Assembly: GCA_002269645.1 (NCBI GenBank)
Contig: NIVC01002508.1
Location: 35,923-99,922 of the forward strand
Length of the DNA: 64,000 nucleotides
Direction of reading: 5' to 3'
Source of the DNA: Macrostomum lignano
Lineage: Eukaryota
Shown: positions 36,730-56,106 of the stretch, piece after piece
Layout of the letters: each line of letters starts with the position of its first letter
Numbering within the stretch: position 1 is the stretch's first letter
Notes under the pieces: generated by a model
What the model was told of the DNA's origin: nothing
Database searches by the model: none
Seen by the model: only the letters and a program-made list of their open reading frames with translations
Made by a program: the position numbers and the translations under genes

Positions 36730-37860
36730 TTTGTAGCTTCAGATCCCCGGTTGTAGCTTCAGATCCCTATTTGTAGCTTCAGATCCCCAATTGTAGCTTC
36801 AGATTCCCACTTGTAGCTTCAGATCCCCATTTGTAGCTTCAGATCCCTATTTGTAGCTTCAGATCCCATTTGTAGCTTCAGATCCCCGGTTGTAGCTTCA
36901 GATCCCTATTTGTAGCTTCAGATCCCCGGTTGTAGCTTCAGATCCCTATTTGTAGCTTCAGATCCCCAATTGTAGCTTCAGATTCCCACTTGTAGCTTCA
37001 GATCCCCATTTGTAGCTTCAGATCCCTATTTGTAGCTTCAGATCCCATTTGTAGCTTCAGATCCCCGTTTGTAGCTTCAGATCCCCGGTTGTAGCTTCAG
37101 ATCCCCGGTTGTAGCTTCAGATCCCATTTGTAGCTTCAGATCCCCAATTGTAGCTTCAGATTCCCACTTGTAGCTTCAGATCCCATTTGTAGCTTCAGAT
37201 CCCCAATTGTAGCTTCAGATTCCCACTTGTAGCTTCAGATCTCCAGTTGTAGCTTCAGATCCCCATTTGTAGCTTCAGATCCCCAGTTGTAGCTTCAGAT
37301 CCCCATTTGTAGCTTCAGATCCTCATTTGTAGCTTCAGATCCCCATCTGTAGCTTCAGATCCCCATTTGTAGCTTCAGATCCCCATTTATAGCTTCAGAT
37401 CCCCATTTGTAGCTTCAGATCCCATTTGTAGCTTCAGATCCCCATTTGTAGCTTCAGATCCCCATTTGTGGCTTCAGATCCCCATTTGTAGCTTCAGATC
37501 CCCATTTGTGGCTTCAGATCCCCATTTGTAGCTTCAGATCCCATTTTTAGCTTCAGATCCTCATTTGTAGCTTCAGATCCTCATTTGTAGCTTCAGATCC
37601 CCAATTGTAGCTTCAGATCCCCAATTGTAGCTTCAGATCCCCAATTGTAGCTTCAGATCCCCATTTGTAGCTTCAGATCCCCATTTGTAGCTTCAGATCC
37701 CCATTTGTAGCTTCAGATCCCCTTTTATAGCTTCAGATCCCCATTTGTAGCTTCAGATCCCTATTTGTAGCTTCAGATCCCCATTTGTAGCTTCAGATCC
37801 CTGGTTGTAGCTTCAGATCCCAGTTGTAGCTTCATATCCCCATTTCCTGCTTCAGATCCC
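36730..37860. repeat. 19-20-bp minisatellite ttgtagcttcagatcccca(t)
   Basis: Read directly. Confidence 0.95.
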
Positions 37861-38494
37861 AATGGGAGGCTTCAAATCCCACAATTATATTTTCAGATCC
37901 CTTTTCTGGATTTTAATCCCAATTTCCAGCCTCAGTTTCCTTAGATAGAAGCTTCAATTTAAAGAAAAATCGAGAACAAAGATTAAAATCGCTGAATATC
38001 CAACTATCTCGTTTAATAAATAATCTGATCTCAGCAAAAAAGATTCAAATTTATATTTTGCCCTACTTGTATTTATTAATGCGTTTCTTGTTTACTTTGT
38101 TTATTGTTGTTTTCTTAATGTTTTTATTGCAGTATTTTGGTCAATGTTGTGAAGATTTTGTTATTATTATTTAACTAATAATAATCGGTATTCCTAAGCT
38201 TCAGTTATATAGATTAATTTGACTGTCTAAATCATGCTACAATTGAATATAGAGGCTGTTATTTATGCGAACTTTTGGTTGCTCGTTTTGGTTTGCGACA
38301 AAAGATGAGGTTGTAATTCTGGATTTACTAAGATTACAATAATAATAAACATCAATTTTGTACCTGTTAAAAATTTTCTGTGTTTTGGTTTACTTTTTTA
38401 ATTGAAGAGAAAGTTAAAACACTGCACTGTATACTACTGCATTGCTTGGGGTGTAAACTGAAACTGTATTTAGTCTGCAGCTCGCATTCTCTCT

Positions 38495-40920
38495 CTGCCA
38501 ATCTCTCAGCCTGTCCAATCTTTCAGCCTCTTTACCCCATCTCTCAGCCTGTCCAATCTTTCAGCCTCTTTACCCCATCTCTCAGCCTGTCCAATCTTTC
38601 AGCCTCTTTACCCCATCTCTCAGCCTGTCCAATCTTTCAGCCTCTTTACCCCATCTCTCAGCCTGTCCAATCTCTCAGCCTCTTTACCCCATCTCTCAGC
38701 CTGTCCAATCTCTCAGCCTCTTTACCGCATCTCTCAGCCTGTCCAATCTCTCAGCCTCTTTACCGCATCTCTCAGCCTGTCCAATCCTTCAGCCTCTTTA
38801 CCGCATCTCTCAGCCTGTCCAATCCTTCAGCCTCTTTACCCCATCTCTCAGCCTGTCCAATCCTTCAGCCTCTTTACCCCATCTCTCAGCCTGTCCAATC
38901 TCTCAGCCTCTTTACCCCATCTCTCAGCCTGTCCAATCTTTCAGCCTCTTTACCGCATCTCTCAGCCTGTCCAATCTCTCAGCCTCTTTACCGCATCTCT
39001 CAGCCTGTCCAATCCTTCAGCCTCTTTACCGCATCTCTCAGCCTGTCCAATCCTTCAGCCTCTTTACCCCATCTCTCAGCCTGTCCAATCCTTCAGCCTC
39101 TTTACCCCATCTCTCAGCCTGTCCAATCTTTCAGCCTCTTTACCCCATCTCTCAGCCTGTCCAATCTCTCAGCCTCTTTACCCCATCTCTCAGCCTGTCC
39201 AATCCTTCAGCCTCTTTACCCCATCTCTCAGCCTGTCCAATCCTTCAGCCTCTTTACCCCATCTCTCAGCCTGTCCAATCTCTCAGCCTCTTTACCCCAT
39301 CTCTCAGCCTGTCCAATCTCTCAGCCTGTCTAATCTCTCAGCCTCTTTACCCCATCTCTCAGCCTGTCCAATCTCTCAGCCTCTTTACCGCATCTCTCAG
39401 CCTGTCCAATCTTTCAGCCTCTTTACCCCATCTCTCAGCCTGTCCAATCTCTCAGCCTCTTTACCCCATCTCTCAGCCTGTCCAATCTTTCAGCCTCTTT
39501 ACCGCATCTCTCAGCCTGTCCAATCTCTCAGCCTCTTTACCGCATCTCTCAGCCTGTCCAATCCTTCAGCCTCTTTACCCCATCTCTCAGCCTGTCCAAT
39601 CCTTCAGCCTCTTTACCCCATCTCTCAGCCTGTCCAATCCTTCAGCCTCTTTACCCCATCTCTCAGCCTGTCCAATCTTTCAGCCTCTTTACCCCATATC
39701 TCAGCCTGTCCAGTCCTTCAGCCTCTTTACCCCATCTCTCACTCAGTCTGTCCCATCTTTCAGCCTCTTTACCCCATCTCTCAGCCTGTCCAATCCTTCA
39801 GCCTCTTTACCCCATCTCTCACTCAGTCTGTCCAGTCCTTCAGCCTCTTTACCGCATCTCTCAGCCTGTCCAATCTCTCAGCCTCTTTACCGCATCTCTC
39901 AGCCTGTCCAATCCTTCAGCCTCTTTACCCCATCTCTCAGCCTGTCCAATCCTTCAGCCTCTTTACCCCATCTCTCAGCCTGTCCAATCCTTCAGCCTCT
40001 TTACCCCATCTCTCAGCCTGTCCAATCTTTCAGCCTCTTTACCCCATCTCTCAGCCTGTCCAGTCCTTCAGCCTCTTTACCCCATCTCTCACTCAGTCTG
40101 TCCCATCTTTCAGCCTCTTTACCCCATCTCTCAGCCTGTCCAATCTTTCAGCCTCTTTACCGCATCTCTCAGCCTGTCCAATCTCTCAGCCTCTTTACCG
40201 CATCTCTCAGCCTGTCCAATCCTTCAGCCTCTTTACCCCATCTCTCAGCCTGTCCAATCCTTCAGCCTCTTTACCCCATCTCTCAGCCTGTCCAATCCTT
40301 CAGCCTCTTTACCCCATCTCTCAGCCTGTCCAATCTTTCAGCCTCTTTACCCCATCTCTCAGCCTGTCCAGTCCTTCAGCCTCTTTACCCCATCTCTCAC
40401 TCAGTCTGTCCCATCTTTCAGCCTCTTTACCCCATCTCTCAGCCTGTCCAATCCTTCAGCCTCTTTACCCCATCTCTCACTCAGTCTGTCCAGTCCTTCA
40501 GCCTCTTTACCCTATCTCTCACTCAGTCTGTCCAATCTTTCAGCCTCTTTACCCCATCTCTCACTCAGTCTGTCCAATCTTTCAGCCTCTTTACCCCATC
40601 TCTCAGCCTGTCCAATCTTTCAGCCTCTTTACCCCATCTCTCAACCTCTCTGCCCATCTCAACCTCTCTGCCCCATCTCTCAATCTCTTTGCCCCATCTC
40701 TCATTCTCTATGCCCCATCTCTCAGTCTCTCTCTTTCTACCCCATCTCTCAGCCTCTCTGCCCCATCTGTCTCTCTACCCCATCCCTCTGTCTCTCTGCT
40801 TATCTCTCAGTCTCTCTGCCCCATCTCAACCTCTCTGCCCCATCTCTCAGCCTCTCTTTACCTTCATCTCCCAGTCTCTCTGCCCCTCTTTCACTATCCA
40901 TCTTGTCTTTCAGTCTCTCT
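38495..40920. repeat. 38-bp minisatellite ctctcagcctgtccaatctttcagcctctttaccccat, decaying into related pyrimidine-rich repeats after ~40620
   Basis: Read directly. Confidence 0.95.
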
Positions 40921-41504
40921 ACTCACCTTTCTTTTTGGCCTGTGAACTTGACTCCATCTGGGCAGAACGAAACACATAAAGCTAATTGAAAACAATAAAA
41001 ATGAATCGCAGCTGATGCAAAAAGATGGCCAGAGCTGACCAAACCGCCCTTAAATTTTATTATCGCTTTGACCTCGGGGAAATTATTCCCCAAGAGCAAA
41101 CGAAACTCACGAAGGGGTGCGAACACACAGGCGCACTGAGAAAGCAAACAATGCATCTTCCTTGTCCCGTCTAATTAGCTCAGATTATAAAGATTAACGA
41201 TTGCTGAAACTATTTCGATGATAAAAGTGCAGACAGGGGTGAAAGAGCTGAGTAAGCGGTTAATTTTTACGCCTGTTTAAGCGTGTAGTTGCAAATTTTT
41301 ATAGCGCCGTCCGTGATCAAATTAAATGGGAAATACCGGTTAAAGTATTTTATTTCACCTAATGACTCAAGAAGATTGAGACATAATGCATGGAAACACT
41401 GGCAAAATTCATCAAAGACACAACTGCCAGAATGCAACTGTGCTATACTTCATCAACAATTGCTTGGGATTTGATTATGTCCCACCGAGTCTGTGGTCAC
41501 AGAG

Positions 41505-42075
41505 GTGAGATGGGGTAGAGAGAGGCTGAAAGATGGGGCGGAGGGGCTGAGAGATGGGGCAGAGGCTGAGATATGAGGTAGAGAGACTGAGAGATGGGGC
41601 GGAGAGGCTGAAAGATGGGGCTGGCATATAGGCTGAGAGATGGGCAGAGGCTGAGAGATGTGGTAGAGAGAGGATAGAGATGGGGCGGAGAGATCAAGAC
41701 AGAGATGGGGTAGAGGCTGAGATATGAGGTAGAGAGACTGAGAGATGGGGCGGAGAGGCTGAAAGATGGGGCTGGCATATAGGCTGAGAGATGGGCAGAG
41801 GCTGAGAGATGTGGTAGAGAGAGGATAGAGATGGGGCGGAGAGATCAAGACTGAGAGATGGGGTAGAGAGAGGCTGAGAGATGGGGCAGAGAGAGACTTA
41901 GAGATGGGCAGCTAGGAGGCTGAGATATGAGGTAGAGAGACGGGGAGATGAAGTTGAGAGAGGCTGAGAGCTGTGCATGGCAGAGAAGCTGAGATAAAAG
42001 TTAGAGACTCTGAGATTGGGCAGAGACGCTGAGATATGAGGTAGAGAGACAGGGAGATGAAGAAGAGGAGAGAGA
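41505..42075. repeat. Purine-rich degenerate repeats (gagatggggcagaggctga), the reverse-complement type of the 38.5-40.9 kb array
   Basis: gaggctgagagatgggg is the reverse complement of ccccatctctcagcctc. Confidence 0.8.
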
Positions 42076-42934
42076 CTATACTGTAGTCAGAAACTACTGT
42101 AAATAGTTTCCCACTGTCCCTGCGTTTAATAAAAGTACTTTCTTTTGAGTGCCCATGCACAAGCTTATAGGTAATTGTCTATGGCCCAAACTCCAACTTT
42201 CGGTTTCAGCCCTAAACAAACTGTACTTTTTTATTAAATAGACGCGATCGCCCCCCCCCAAGCCGAGATTTAACCTTTCGCTCAGCTTAATCAATCATCT
42301 TCATCTTTTGGTATCCAGCGCTACACTATCAGTCAGATAGAGAGGATGCAGGTTATCAGCAGATGTGCATCTGAGCTCAGGTGCAGGCGGGGGCTGCATC
42401 GCACATTCATATTGATAATGCAGTCAATATACAAAATTACCAGCTTGCATACGAAACGCCCACTGAGCAGTTGGGCACAAGTGGATGGAAAATATTCTCA
42501 AGAGTGGCAGAGAAGCTGAGAGGCTGAATAATGCTCGGCTCCCCAGGCCATATGCCCTCCGGATATTGGATATTTGATTCCCAAAGCCTTCGCCATCGCT
42601 TATCCCCCCAGAATCTTAAGCGCAAGGAAGCTACATCACTCTAATATACAGGGCCAAGGTTACTCGTTTTATCGGGTTTCTCCCGTTTGGGGACAGTTTT
42701 ATACAGCAATTTGCTGCAGCTCCTCTCCACGCAGCCCTGGATTTCAATCTGACTCGAGTTGCATGCGACTCGGATGCAGATTTTGCCAATTCTGCGTTCA
42801 AAATGTCTGTTTGTTTGTCACCAATTTTGGATGCACTTTTATTTTGTTTGCTTATTATGCAGGACTAAGTAGCTTGGACTAAATATGTACTTATATTACT
42901 TGTATTAATAGCTCATTTTCAGTATATATGGGCT

Positions 42935-44025
42935 TAGGAATCCCCTCCTTATCCTTTAGGAACCCCCTCCTTGTCCTTTGGGAATCCCCTTCTTGTCCTT
43001 TGGAAATCCCCTCCTTATCCTTTGGGAATCCTCTCCTTATCCTTTGAGAATCCCCTCCTTATCCTTTGGGAATCCCTTCCTTATCCTTTGGGAATCCCCT
43101 CCTTATCCTTTAGGAACCCCCTCCTTGTCCTTTGGGAATCCCTTCCTTATCCTTTGGGAATCCCCTCCTTATCCTTTGAGAATCCCCTCCTTATCCTTTG
43201 GGAATCCCCTTCTTGTCCTTTGGAAATCCCCTCCTTATCCTTTGGGAATCCTCTCCTTATCCTTTGAGAATCCCCTCCTTATCCTTTGGGAATCCCCTCC
43301 TTATCATTTGGGAATCCCCTCCTTATCCTTTGGGAATCCCTCCTTATCCTTTGGGAATCCCCTCCTTATCCTTTGGGAATCCCCTCCATATCCTTTGGGA
43401 ATCCCTCCTTGCCCTTTGGGAATCCCCTCCTTTTCTTTTGGGAATCCTCTCCTTATCCTTTTGGAATCCCCTCCTTATCCTTTGGGAATCCCCCCCTCCT
43501 TATCCTTTGGGAATACCCTCCTTATCCTTTGGGAATCCCCTCCTTATCCATTTGGAATCCCCTCCTTATCCTTTGGGAATCCTCTCCTTATCCTTTGGAA
43601 ATTCTCTCCTTGTCCTTTGGGAATCCCCTCCTTATCCTTTGGGAATCCCCTCCTTATCCATTTGGAATCCCCTCCTTATCCATTTGGAATCCCCTCCTTA
43701 TCCTTTGGGAATCCTCTCCTTATTCTTTGGAAATTCTCTCCTTGTCCTTTGGGAATCCCCTCCTTGTCCTTTGGGAATCCCCTCCTTGTCCTTTGTCTTT
43801 TGGGAAGCCCCTCCTTATCCTTTAGGAATCTTCTCCCTATCCTTTGGTAATCCCCTTCTTATCCTTAGGGAATCCTCTCATCATCTTTTGGGAATCCTAT
43901 CCTTATCTACTGGGAATCCTCTCATCATCTTTTGGGAATCCTATCCTTATCTACTGGGAATCCCTTCCTTGTCCTTTGGGAATCCCTTCCTTATCCTTTG
44001 GTAATCCCCTCCTTATTTTTGGGAG
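42935..44025. repeat. 22-bp minisatellite ttgggaatcccctccttatcct
   Basis: Read directly. Confidence 0.95.
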
Positions 44026-44936
44026 GCTTGGAAGTTTCTCTATAATAATAATAGTAAATCAGCTATTGCGAGCAAATATTTATTAATTATATTTATCGAT
44101 TCCTCCATCACCACCTGTTTCTAATTTAAAAGGACTTATTGTCTATAATTTTTTTTATTAAGAATTCTGTTGTCTTAAAAATTTGTTTTAATAGATGACA
44201 AATTTAGGAAACCTTTGAGAACGGTGCTGCTGTACGCTCATGCTTCGCCAGCCCATCTCAGACTGTCATCTGAGAATAATAAGTTGAAATTATTTTTGGC
44301 CCAAGTCTCTCGGTCCGGCCAGCGGATTCAATTATTCAGTTAGTGAGGGATTTGCTAGCTGAGGATTAGCGGAATGCGCATATTTGGATTAACAGAATTC
44401 ACACAGAGGTTCGATCAGCGCTGATTTAATGCCATGCATCAACTACGCACTAAGATTCTCTTTCACTATGAAAATCTATTCCAGATTTAGTCACAGTCTG
44501 CTTTTGCTTCGGTGAATTTTATAATTTTGCTTTGCATTGTGCTGCAACTTTTCCCTATTATTCCGTTTCCCACGTGTCAGTCAAATAAGCTGGTAACAAA
44601 GGATATACCGGTAGAATGCCTGCTTCTATTGTTATTCTAATTCTATTGTTTCATTGTCTTTTTTCCTGTTGTAGCGGAAAAAAAACTTATTTTTTCAGTG
44701 TGAGTTGACAGCAATATAATAGGTTCAGAGCTTGTTCGTACTGTAGTTAAAATGTTAATTTAGCTCGTAGTATGGCATGTATGATCAAATAATACTAAAG
44801 AACACATCCGCTCAGAATGAAACCCGGGCCCTGGTTCGATTCCTTGAGTCGCCACATTCATTCGGGGCCAAGGACCAACCCTCAAGGCAAGGATTAGACA
44901 GGGCCGCTGTACATCCTTTGCGAGCGTACAGTATTG

Positions 44937-45250
44937 GCGCGCCTCCAAGATAGCGCCTGAGGAGAGCGCCTCCAAGATCGCGCCTCCAAGATAGCGCCTG
45001 AGGAGAGCGCCTCCAAGATAGCGCCTCCAATATAGCGCCCGAAGATAGCGCCTCCAAGATAGCGCCTCTAAGATAGCGCCCGAAGATAGCGCCTCCAAGA
45101 TAGCGCCTCCAAGATCGCGCCTCCAAGATAGCGCCTGAAGATAGCGCCTCCAAGATAGCGCCTCCAATCTAGCGCCCGAAGATAGTGCCTCCAAGATAGC
45201 GCCTCCAGGATAGCGCCTCCAAGATAGCGCCCCCAAGATGGCGCCCCTAG
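44937..45250. repeat. 13-14-bp minisatellite agcgcctccaagat
   Basis: Read directly. Confidence 0.93.
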
Positions 45251-45869
45251 CTGTCGCCCCGCGTCGACGCGCCTTCCAATTAAAAAATCCTGGTTGTGCC
45301 GCTTGCTCCATTGAATTTGATCAGCAGGGATTCCTTCCAAGAAATCTTAAAGCAGATCTGAGTTAGCAGCAGCTGCCACTCAGACAATGTAAATCTCAAT
45401 CGCTCATGAACTCAAAATTGCATGTTCCATCAATAATTTATTTTCCATCAATAATTTCCCACAGGACCCAGCTGAGATGGAGCTCGCAGGTCTCATTCCG
45501 TGTTTCTCTGCAGTTTCATATTTTTGCGTGCTCGCTGGGGGATTGCAGGAATTCTCCATGCGGAAGAGATATGAAAAAATATGAAAAAGCTGAATTACGG
45601 TAGTTGCTGTTTGAGTTGATTTGAGTTGAGCTATTTGATGACAAAGCAGAAACACAGCTTAGGAAACCTCGCACTTGCTCTGATTCTTTCCTGGATCTGT
45701 GGTTTTTCGTGCTTTCTGCCTCTTCTTTTTCACCTGACATTTTTCACCCGGGCTTAGGTTTAGGCAGGTTGAAGTTGTTGCGATGCGAGCCAAGGTTGCG
45801 ACTGTTCTGATTAAGATTAGGTGAATTGCTGGGATAAACTGTTGTTCGAAGGATAGATTAGAAAAATAC

Positions 45870-46220
45870 CAAGATGAGATTAATATAGATTAGGGGTAGG
45901 AGGGTGAGATGAAGGGTAGAAGGAGAGCGAGATTATTGGGTAGTAGAAGGAGGTTGAGATTAGGGTGGAAGGAGAATGAGATGAGGGATAGAAGGAAAGT
46001 GAGAAGAAGAGTAAAATGTATATTAGATTAAGGATAGAATGTGGTGAGATTATGTGTAGAGGGAGGGTGAGATAAAGGCTTAAAGAAGGGTGAGATTAAG
46101 GGTTAAAGGAGATTGAGATTAAGCGTGGCAGGAGGCTGAGATTATGGGGCCGAGTAGAAGGAAGGTAAGAGAGAGGTTAAGAAGGAGGGCGAGATGAAGG
46201 GTAGGAAGAGAGTGAGATGA
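45870..46220. repeat. Degenerate purine-rich ~22-bp repeat gagattaagggtagaaggag
   Basis: Recurrent motif. Confidence 0.65.
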
Positions 46221-46910
46221 AGGGCAAAAAAATCTGAAGATTATCCAAAGGTACGAGTATAATAGAAATAATTAACTAACAAGCACAGAAAAGACACTCT
46301 AGAGGGGCCGAGCTCTCACGCTGCGTGAGCCTTGAGAAGTGTTTAGCCAGCAATATTAGCTATTCAGCTACGCTAAGGCCTATTCAAATTGATTTGCAGC
46401 TCATGCAGTCCGGTTTCCAACCCCAGAGGCGACAGCAACCGCCTTTGGTCTTCTTCCCCGGACGGGACAGGCCTGCAGAAGCAAGCTGATTGGCCCTGGC
46501 CGAGATAGGAGGGAGAGGGGCAGACAGGAGAGAAGGAACTAGGTCCCTGTTAAACGTCGCTTCTCTGCCCCTGCAGAGTTCCAATTTCGCGTGTGGAGAC
46601 TCCCACTGCTCAAAACAGCCCCCGCCCCGCCCCCCAATATTCTTCGCCATAGGCGAGTCGAATACGAGACGAGTGGGCTGCGAGCGAGCCAGCGAGGTCC
46701 CAAATTGCAGCGCCGCTCGTTATCTGTAAATACAGAGCTCGGCAACCGTTTCGCCTCTCTTTCTCTCTTCCCCTTTGCCGACTCTGCGCAGCTCGAAGGA
46801 GGCCGGAGTGTTGACAAAAATCTCAGCTGGTTATTCGCTTGTTCTCAAGATATTTTGAGGCCGTCGCCTGTGGATGAAGCGACATCGCTGAGCTCGCGGC
46901 TGCCGTCACC

Positions 46911-52675
<5,765 letters not shown>

Positions 52676-54397
52676 ACTATTGGAGCTACCTTTGTCAGCA
52701 TGACTTTGGGCTAAATATATTTTTGGATTAAAAAGCGGCGATATTTAGTTTGTTGTGTTTGTTTCGAATGACAGTGATCCAGACTTTTCATATTGTCGAT
52801 TATTTTAATTGTAACAGAACCGTTTTTGCGAAGTATGACTTTTAGCTACTAAACCATATAATATTAGTTGAACGTCATATTTAGAATTTTTCTGAAATCA
52901 CGACTTACTTGAAGGCATCTAAATATCCCACATAGCGTTACTATTATTCCAAATGAAAGCGCATAACAGATGTTGCTACAACTACGCAATATTTTTGGAT
53001 GATACTGGTTCTGATTATCGTTATGAAAACCTTCAGTGTACCTTTAGCCGTTTTTTCTGAAGTCTACGTTGATACAATGTGTCTTTTAAAAAGTAGTCAA
53101 TTCTCTGGAACTTGCGAATAATTTCTCTAGCTGATAGCTCAGTCTGGCTGGTTACTGCGCAGGTTTTGTCCGACCTCTGGTTCAGTGAAATTTCGTCCCT
53201 GTTGGGAATGTTGTGGATCGTCCTTTTATTCTAAGAATGTTTTAGTTCAGCAGTTGGCGTTTACAATTTGACGATGTGCTCTTTTGACGAACTTCTACTG
53301 TCTTGGTGGCGTTAAACTGTATTCTTCGAATAGCGTTAGTTTTTGTTATAATTTTGTTAAATCTTGAGCAGAACTTGTTTAGTCAGTGAATGAAGCTATT
53401 AATGATTAAAACTATTTTTGTTTAAGTCTGTTTGTTTACTTTGTTTTATAATGGATTCAATACTTTATTTTATTAGTAAAACTGTGTCCTTTCTCTAAAC
53501 TGTTGTCGATTGTAACGCTTGACTGACCTGTGTCTGTTCATTTCTGTTGTGCCATAATCTTTTTTCATGTCTCCTAGATCATAAAAATTAGTGTGTGAGA
53601 AAATTTTAAGATTCATTAAAGTCAGTAAAGATTATATCGGTCCAAAAGTTACTAATTACATCACGATAACGAAATTAATAAAATTTATCACGAGAGTATT
53701 GTGATATAGCGAAGTTAAAATTTATTCATTTGTCAAAACTCAGAATAAATTGAACATGAAGTAGATGGCCATTTTCTAATAAATTAGTTTTATTAGGCCT
53801 TTGCTCTCAAAGAGTGAAACTTATCCTTAGTATTATGTTCTATGACGGAAGGCCTCCTCTATTATATGAGTTTTTTGCCATGTTTCCATGTTAGTCTTAA
53901 AATACGAGAAGCATCTCTGCAACTATAATACAGCCCATTCATTCATCATCTCCCGCATTCATTTACGCCTGACTTCATTGCGCGCGGAGCAGTCTTGGGT
54001 GTATAGGATATGCGTGCATTACAATCTTGCATGCTATAATTTGATGCTTTAGAGCCTCTATCGTGTCGTTCTCCGGGCTGCCACTTCCCCTACTCCCATA
54101 TTCCCATAGCAAGTTTTAAAAGATGAAAAGTACACAGTGAGAAGCTATGCAACGATCAATGATATTGATAGGAAATGGTAAAAAAGCATTGTTATACCTG
54201 CCTTTCGATATCAAATCCATCAGTCTAAATTCAATTCAATTAAACAACAGTCAGAGTTTTGTTATACTACTCAGCTGATTATTGCAAAGCAAAGCTACAA
54301 GTATAAGTAAATAGTACTTCTCGAGATTCGTCAGTATTGAGAGAACAAGCAAATACGCTCGCTCGTAGACAAGAAATACTCTTTAGCCTTATTATTA

Positions 54398-55327
54398 CAC
54401 CTTTTCACGTTCAATTTTGAACAAAGTCCAGTTCTAAAAAAACTAGCGGAAATTCAATTCAGACAATTCAGACTGGGGCAACAAAACCCAGTTCAAAACA
54501 TTCTGCTACGGAAGCGAGGTTTAGCCATAGACAAAATTGTCCCCAGTCTGAATTGTCTGAATTGAATTTCCGCTAGTTTTTTTAGAACTGGACTTTGTTC
54601 AAAATTGAACCAAGGACGACTTAAGTAGAAGGACGGGAAACCTCGTTTCTTAGAAAATTTTTGAAGGCACTCTTTCCCGAAAAAAATACACTGCGGAGAT
54701 GGGAAATTTTCATTTTTTCAGCACAAAAATTGCTATAACTTTTGATAGGAGGCAGATCCAATGTTGATCTTTTGATATATTGTGCCTTTTTTATTGCTCT
54801 ATCGATATTTATAAAGCTTTCCGTTCAGAAAATTAGGATTCTATGTTAATTTTTTATTCTACGTATATTTTCATGTGTCTTGTGCTTGAAATACATTAGA
54901 ATGCCACGGCTTGGCTCTTTGATTTTATGAGTCTATTTTATCCTTCTTACCTGACTGTATAGCAAATAGTCGTAACATAGATGATAAAATGGATTCATAA
55001 AACCAAATATTAGAGCTGTGTCATGCATTTTTGTGATTTTTAGATACAGGAAATATACGTAGAATAAAAAATTAACATAGAATCCTAATTTTCTGAACGA
55101 AAAGCTTTATAAATATCGATAGAGCAATAAAAAAGGCACAATATATCAAAAGATCAACACTGGATCTGCCTCCTATCAAAGTTATAGCAATTTTTGTGCT
55201 GAAAAAATGAAAATTTCCTATCTCCGCAGTGTATTTTTTCGGGAAAAAGTGCCTTCAAAAATTTTCTAAGAAACGAGGTTTCCTGTCCTTCTACTTAAGT
55301 CGTCCTTGAATTGAACGTGAAAAGGTG
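54398..55327. mobile_element. 224-bp Tc1/mariner-like MITE (TIR CACCTTTTCACGTTCAATTTTGAAC..., TA TSD) interrupted by a nested insertion
   Basis: TA at 54396-54397 and 55328-55329; arms of ~80 bp are reverse complements once the insert is removed. Confidence 0.85.
54611..55308. mobile_element. 698-bp MITE with ~270-bp TIRs (CAAGGACGACTTAAGTAG...) and an 8-bp AATTGAAC TSD; P-element-like
   Basis: aattgaac at 54603-54610 and 55309-55316; long near-perfect inverted arms. Confidence 0.9.
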
Positions 55328-56106
55328 TACTAGTTTGCGTGTTAAAACAAAAAACTTAAGTTTGGTGGAAAGTTTGCCAATTAAGCAACTTCCGGCTACA
55401 GAAAATTGTAAGATTATAGTGACAAATTGAATGATTAGCACAAACTTTTTAAATCTTTTGACGAAGCACTATATTTGTTTCACATTATAAATATATGTTT
55501 TAGCCCAGAGACCAATAATGAAGACAATATGAGTCGGCAGCTACCAGCTACGGCGATTTCGAGGCTGTAGGGCGACAGCGTGGGCAGGGGCTTAGAAAAG
55601 TCGCTGATATCAGAGGGCACAGAAATAGGAAAAATGACAAATTTACGATCACGATTGTCGTTATTAAACAAGCCGATTATTTTCACACCTGTGCAACGTT
55701 ACAATAATAACTGCGCAGCAGAACTCTAAGCCCATTTTTTTCAAATAATGCGGGGCTCCTATGGGTGAATTTCGCATGAAAGAACCATCCTATTAAGACG
55801 CATTAGAGTAGCAGATCCAGTTACAGAGTACACATATACATGTACGAGTTGAATAAACTCTAAAACCTCGAGGAAATGCAAGTCCGGTCACGTCCAATAT
55901 CGATCCAAAGACTCGTTAAGGAGGTTTTAAGACTCGTTTACTCCGCCGCAACATCAAATCGCAAAAACTGGTGATGAAAGTGACTACAAAGAATTGTACA
56001 AGGTGTGTATGCATCAACCGAAAAATTAACTTACTAGATTTTCCTTGCATTCACCATCTTACCTTACACGTACCGAGAGCCATTTAAAATACCCGCAGTC
56101 AGCGTC

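Noticed and set aside
38380-44086. Long Pro/Ser/Leu-rich ORFs (317, 290, 268 aa)
   Set aside because: Translations of the 38-bp and 22-bp arrays.
4610-45250. CRISPR arrays
   Set aside because: All arrays are head-to-tail repeats without unique spacers, there are no cas genes, and the context is eukaryotic.
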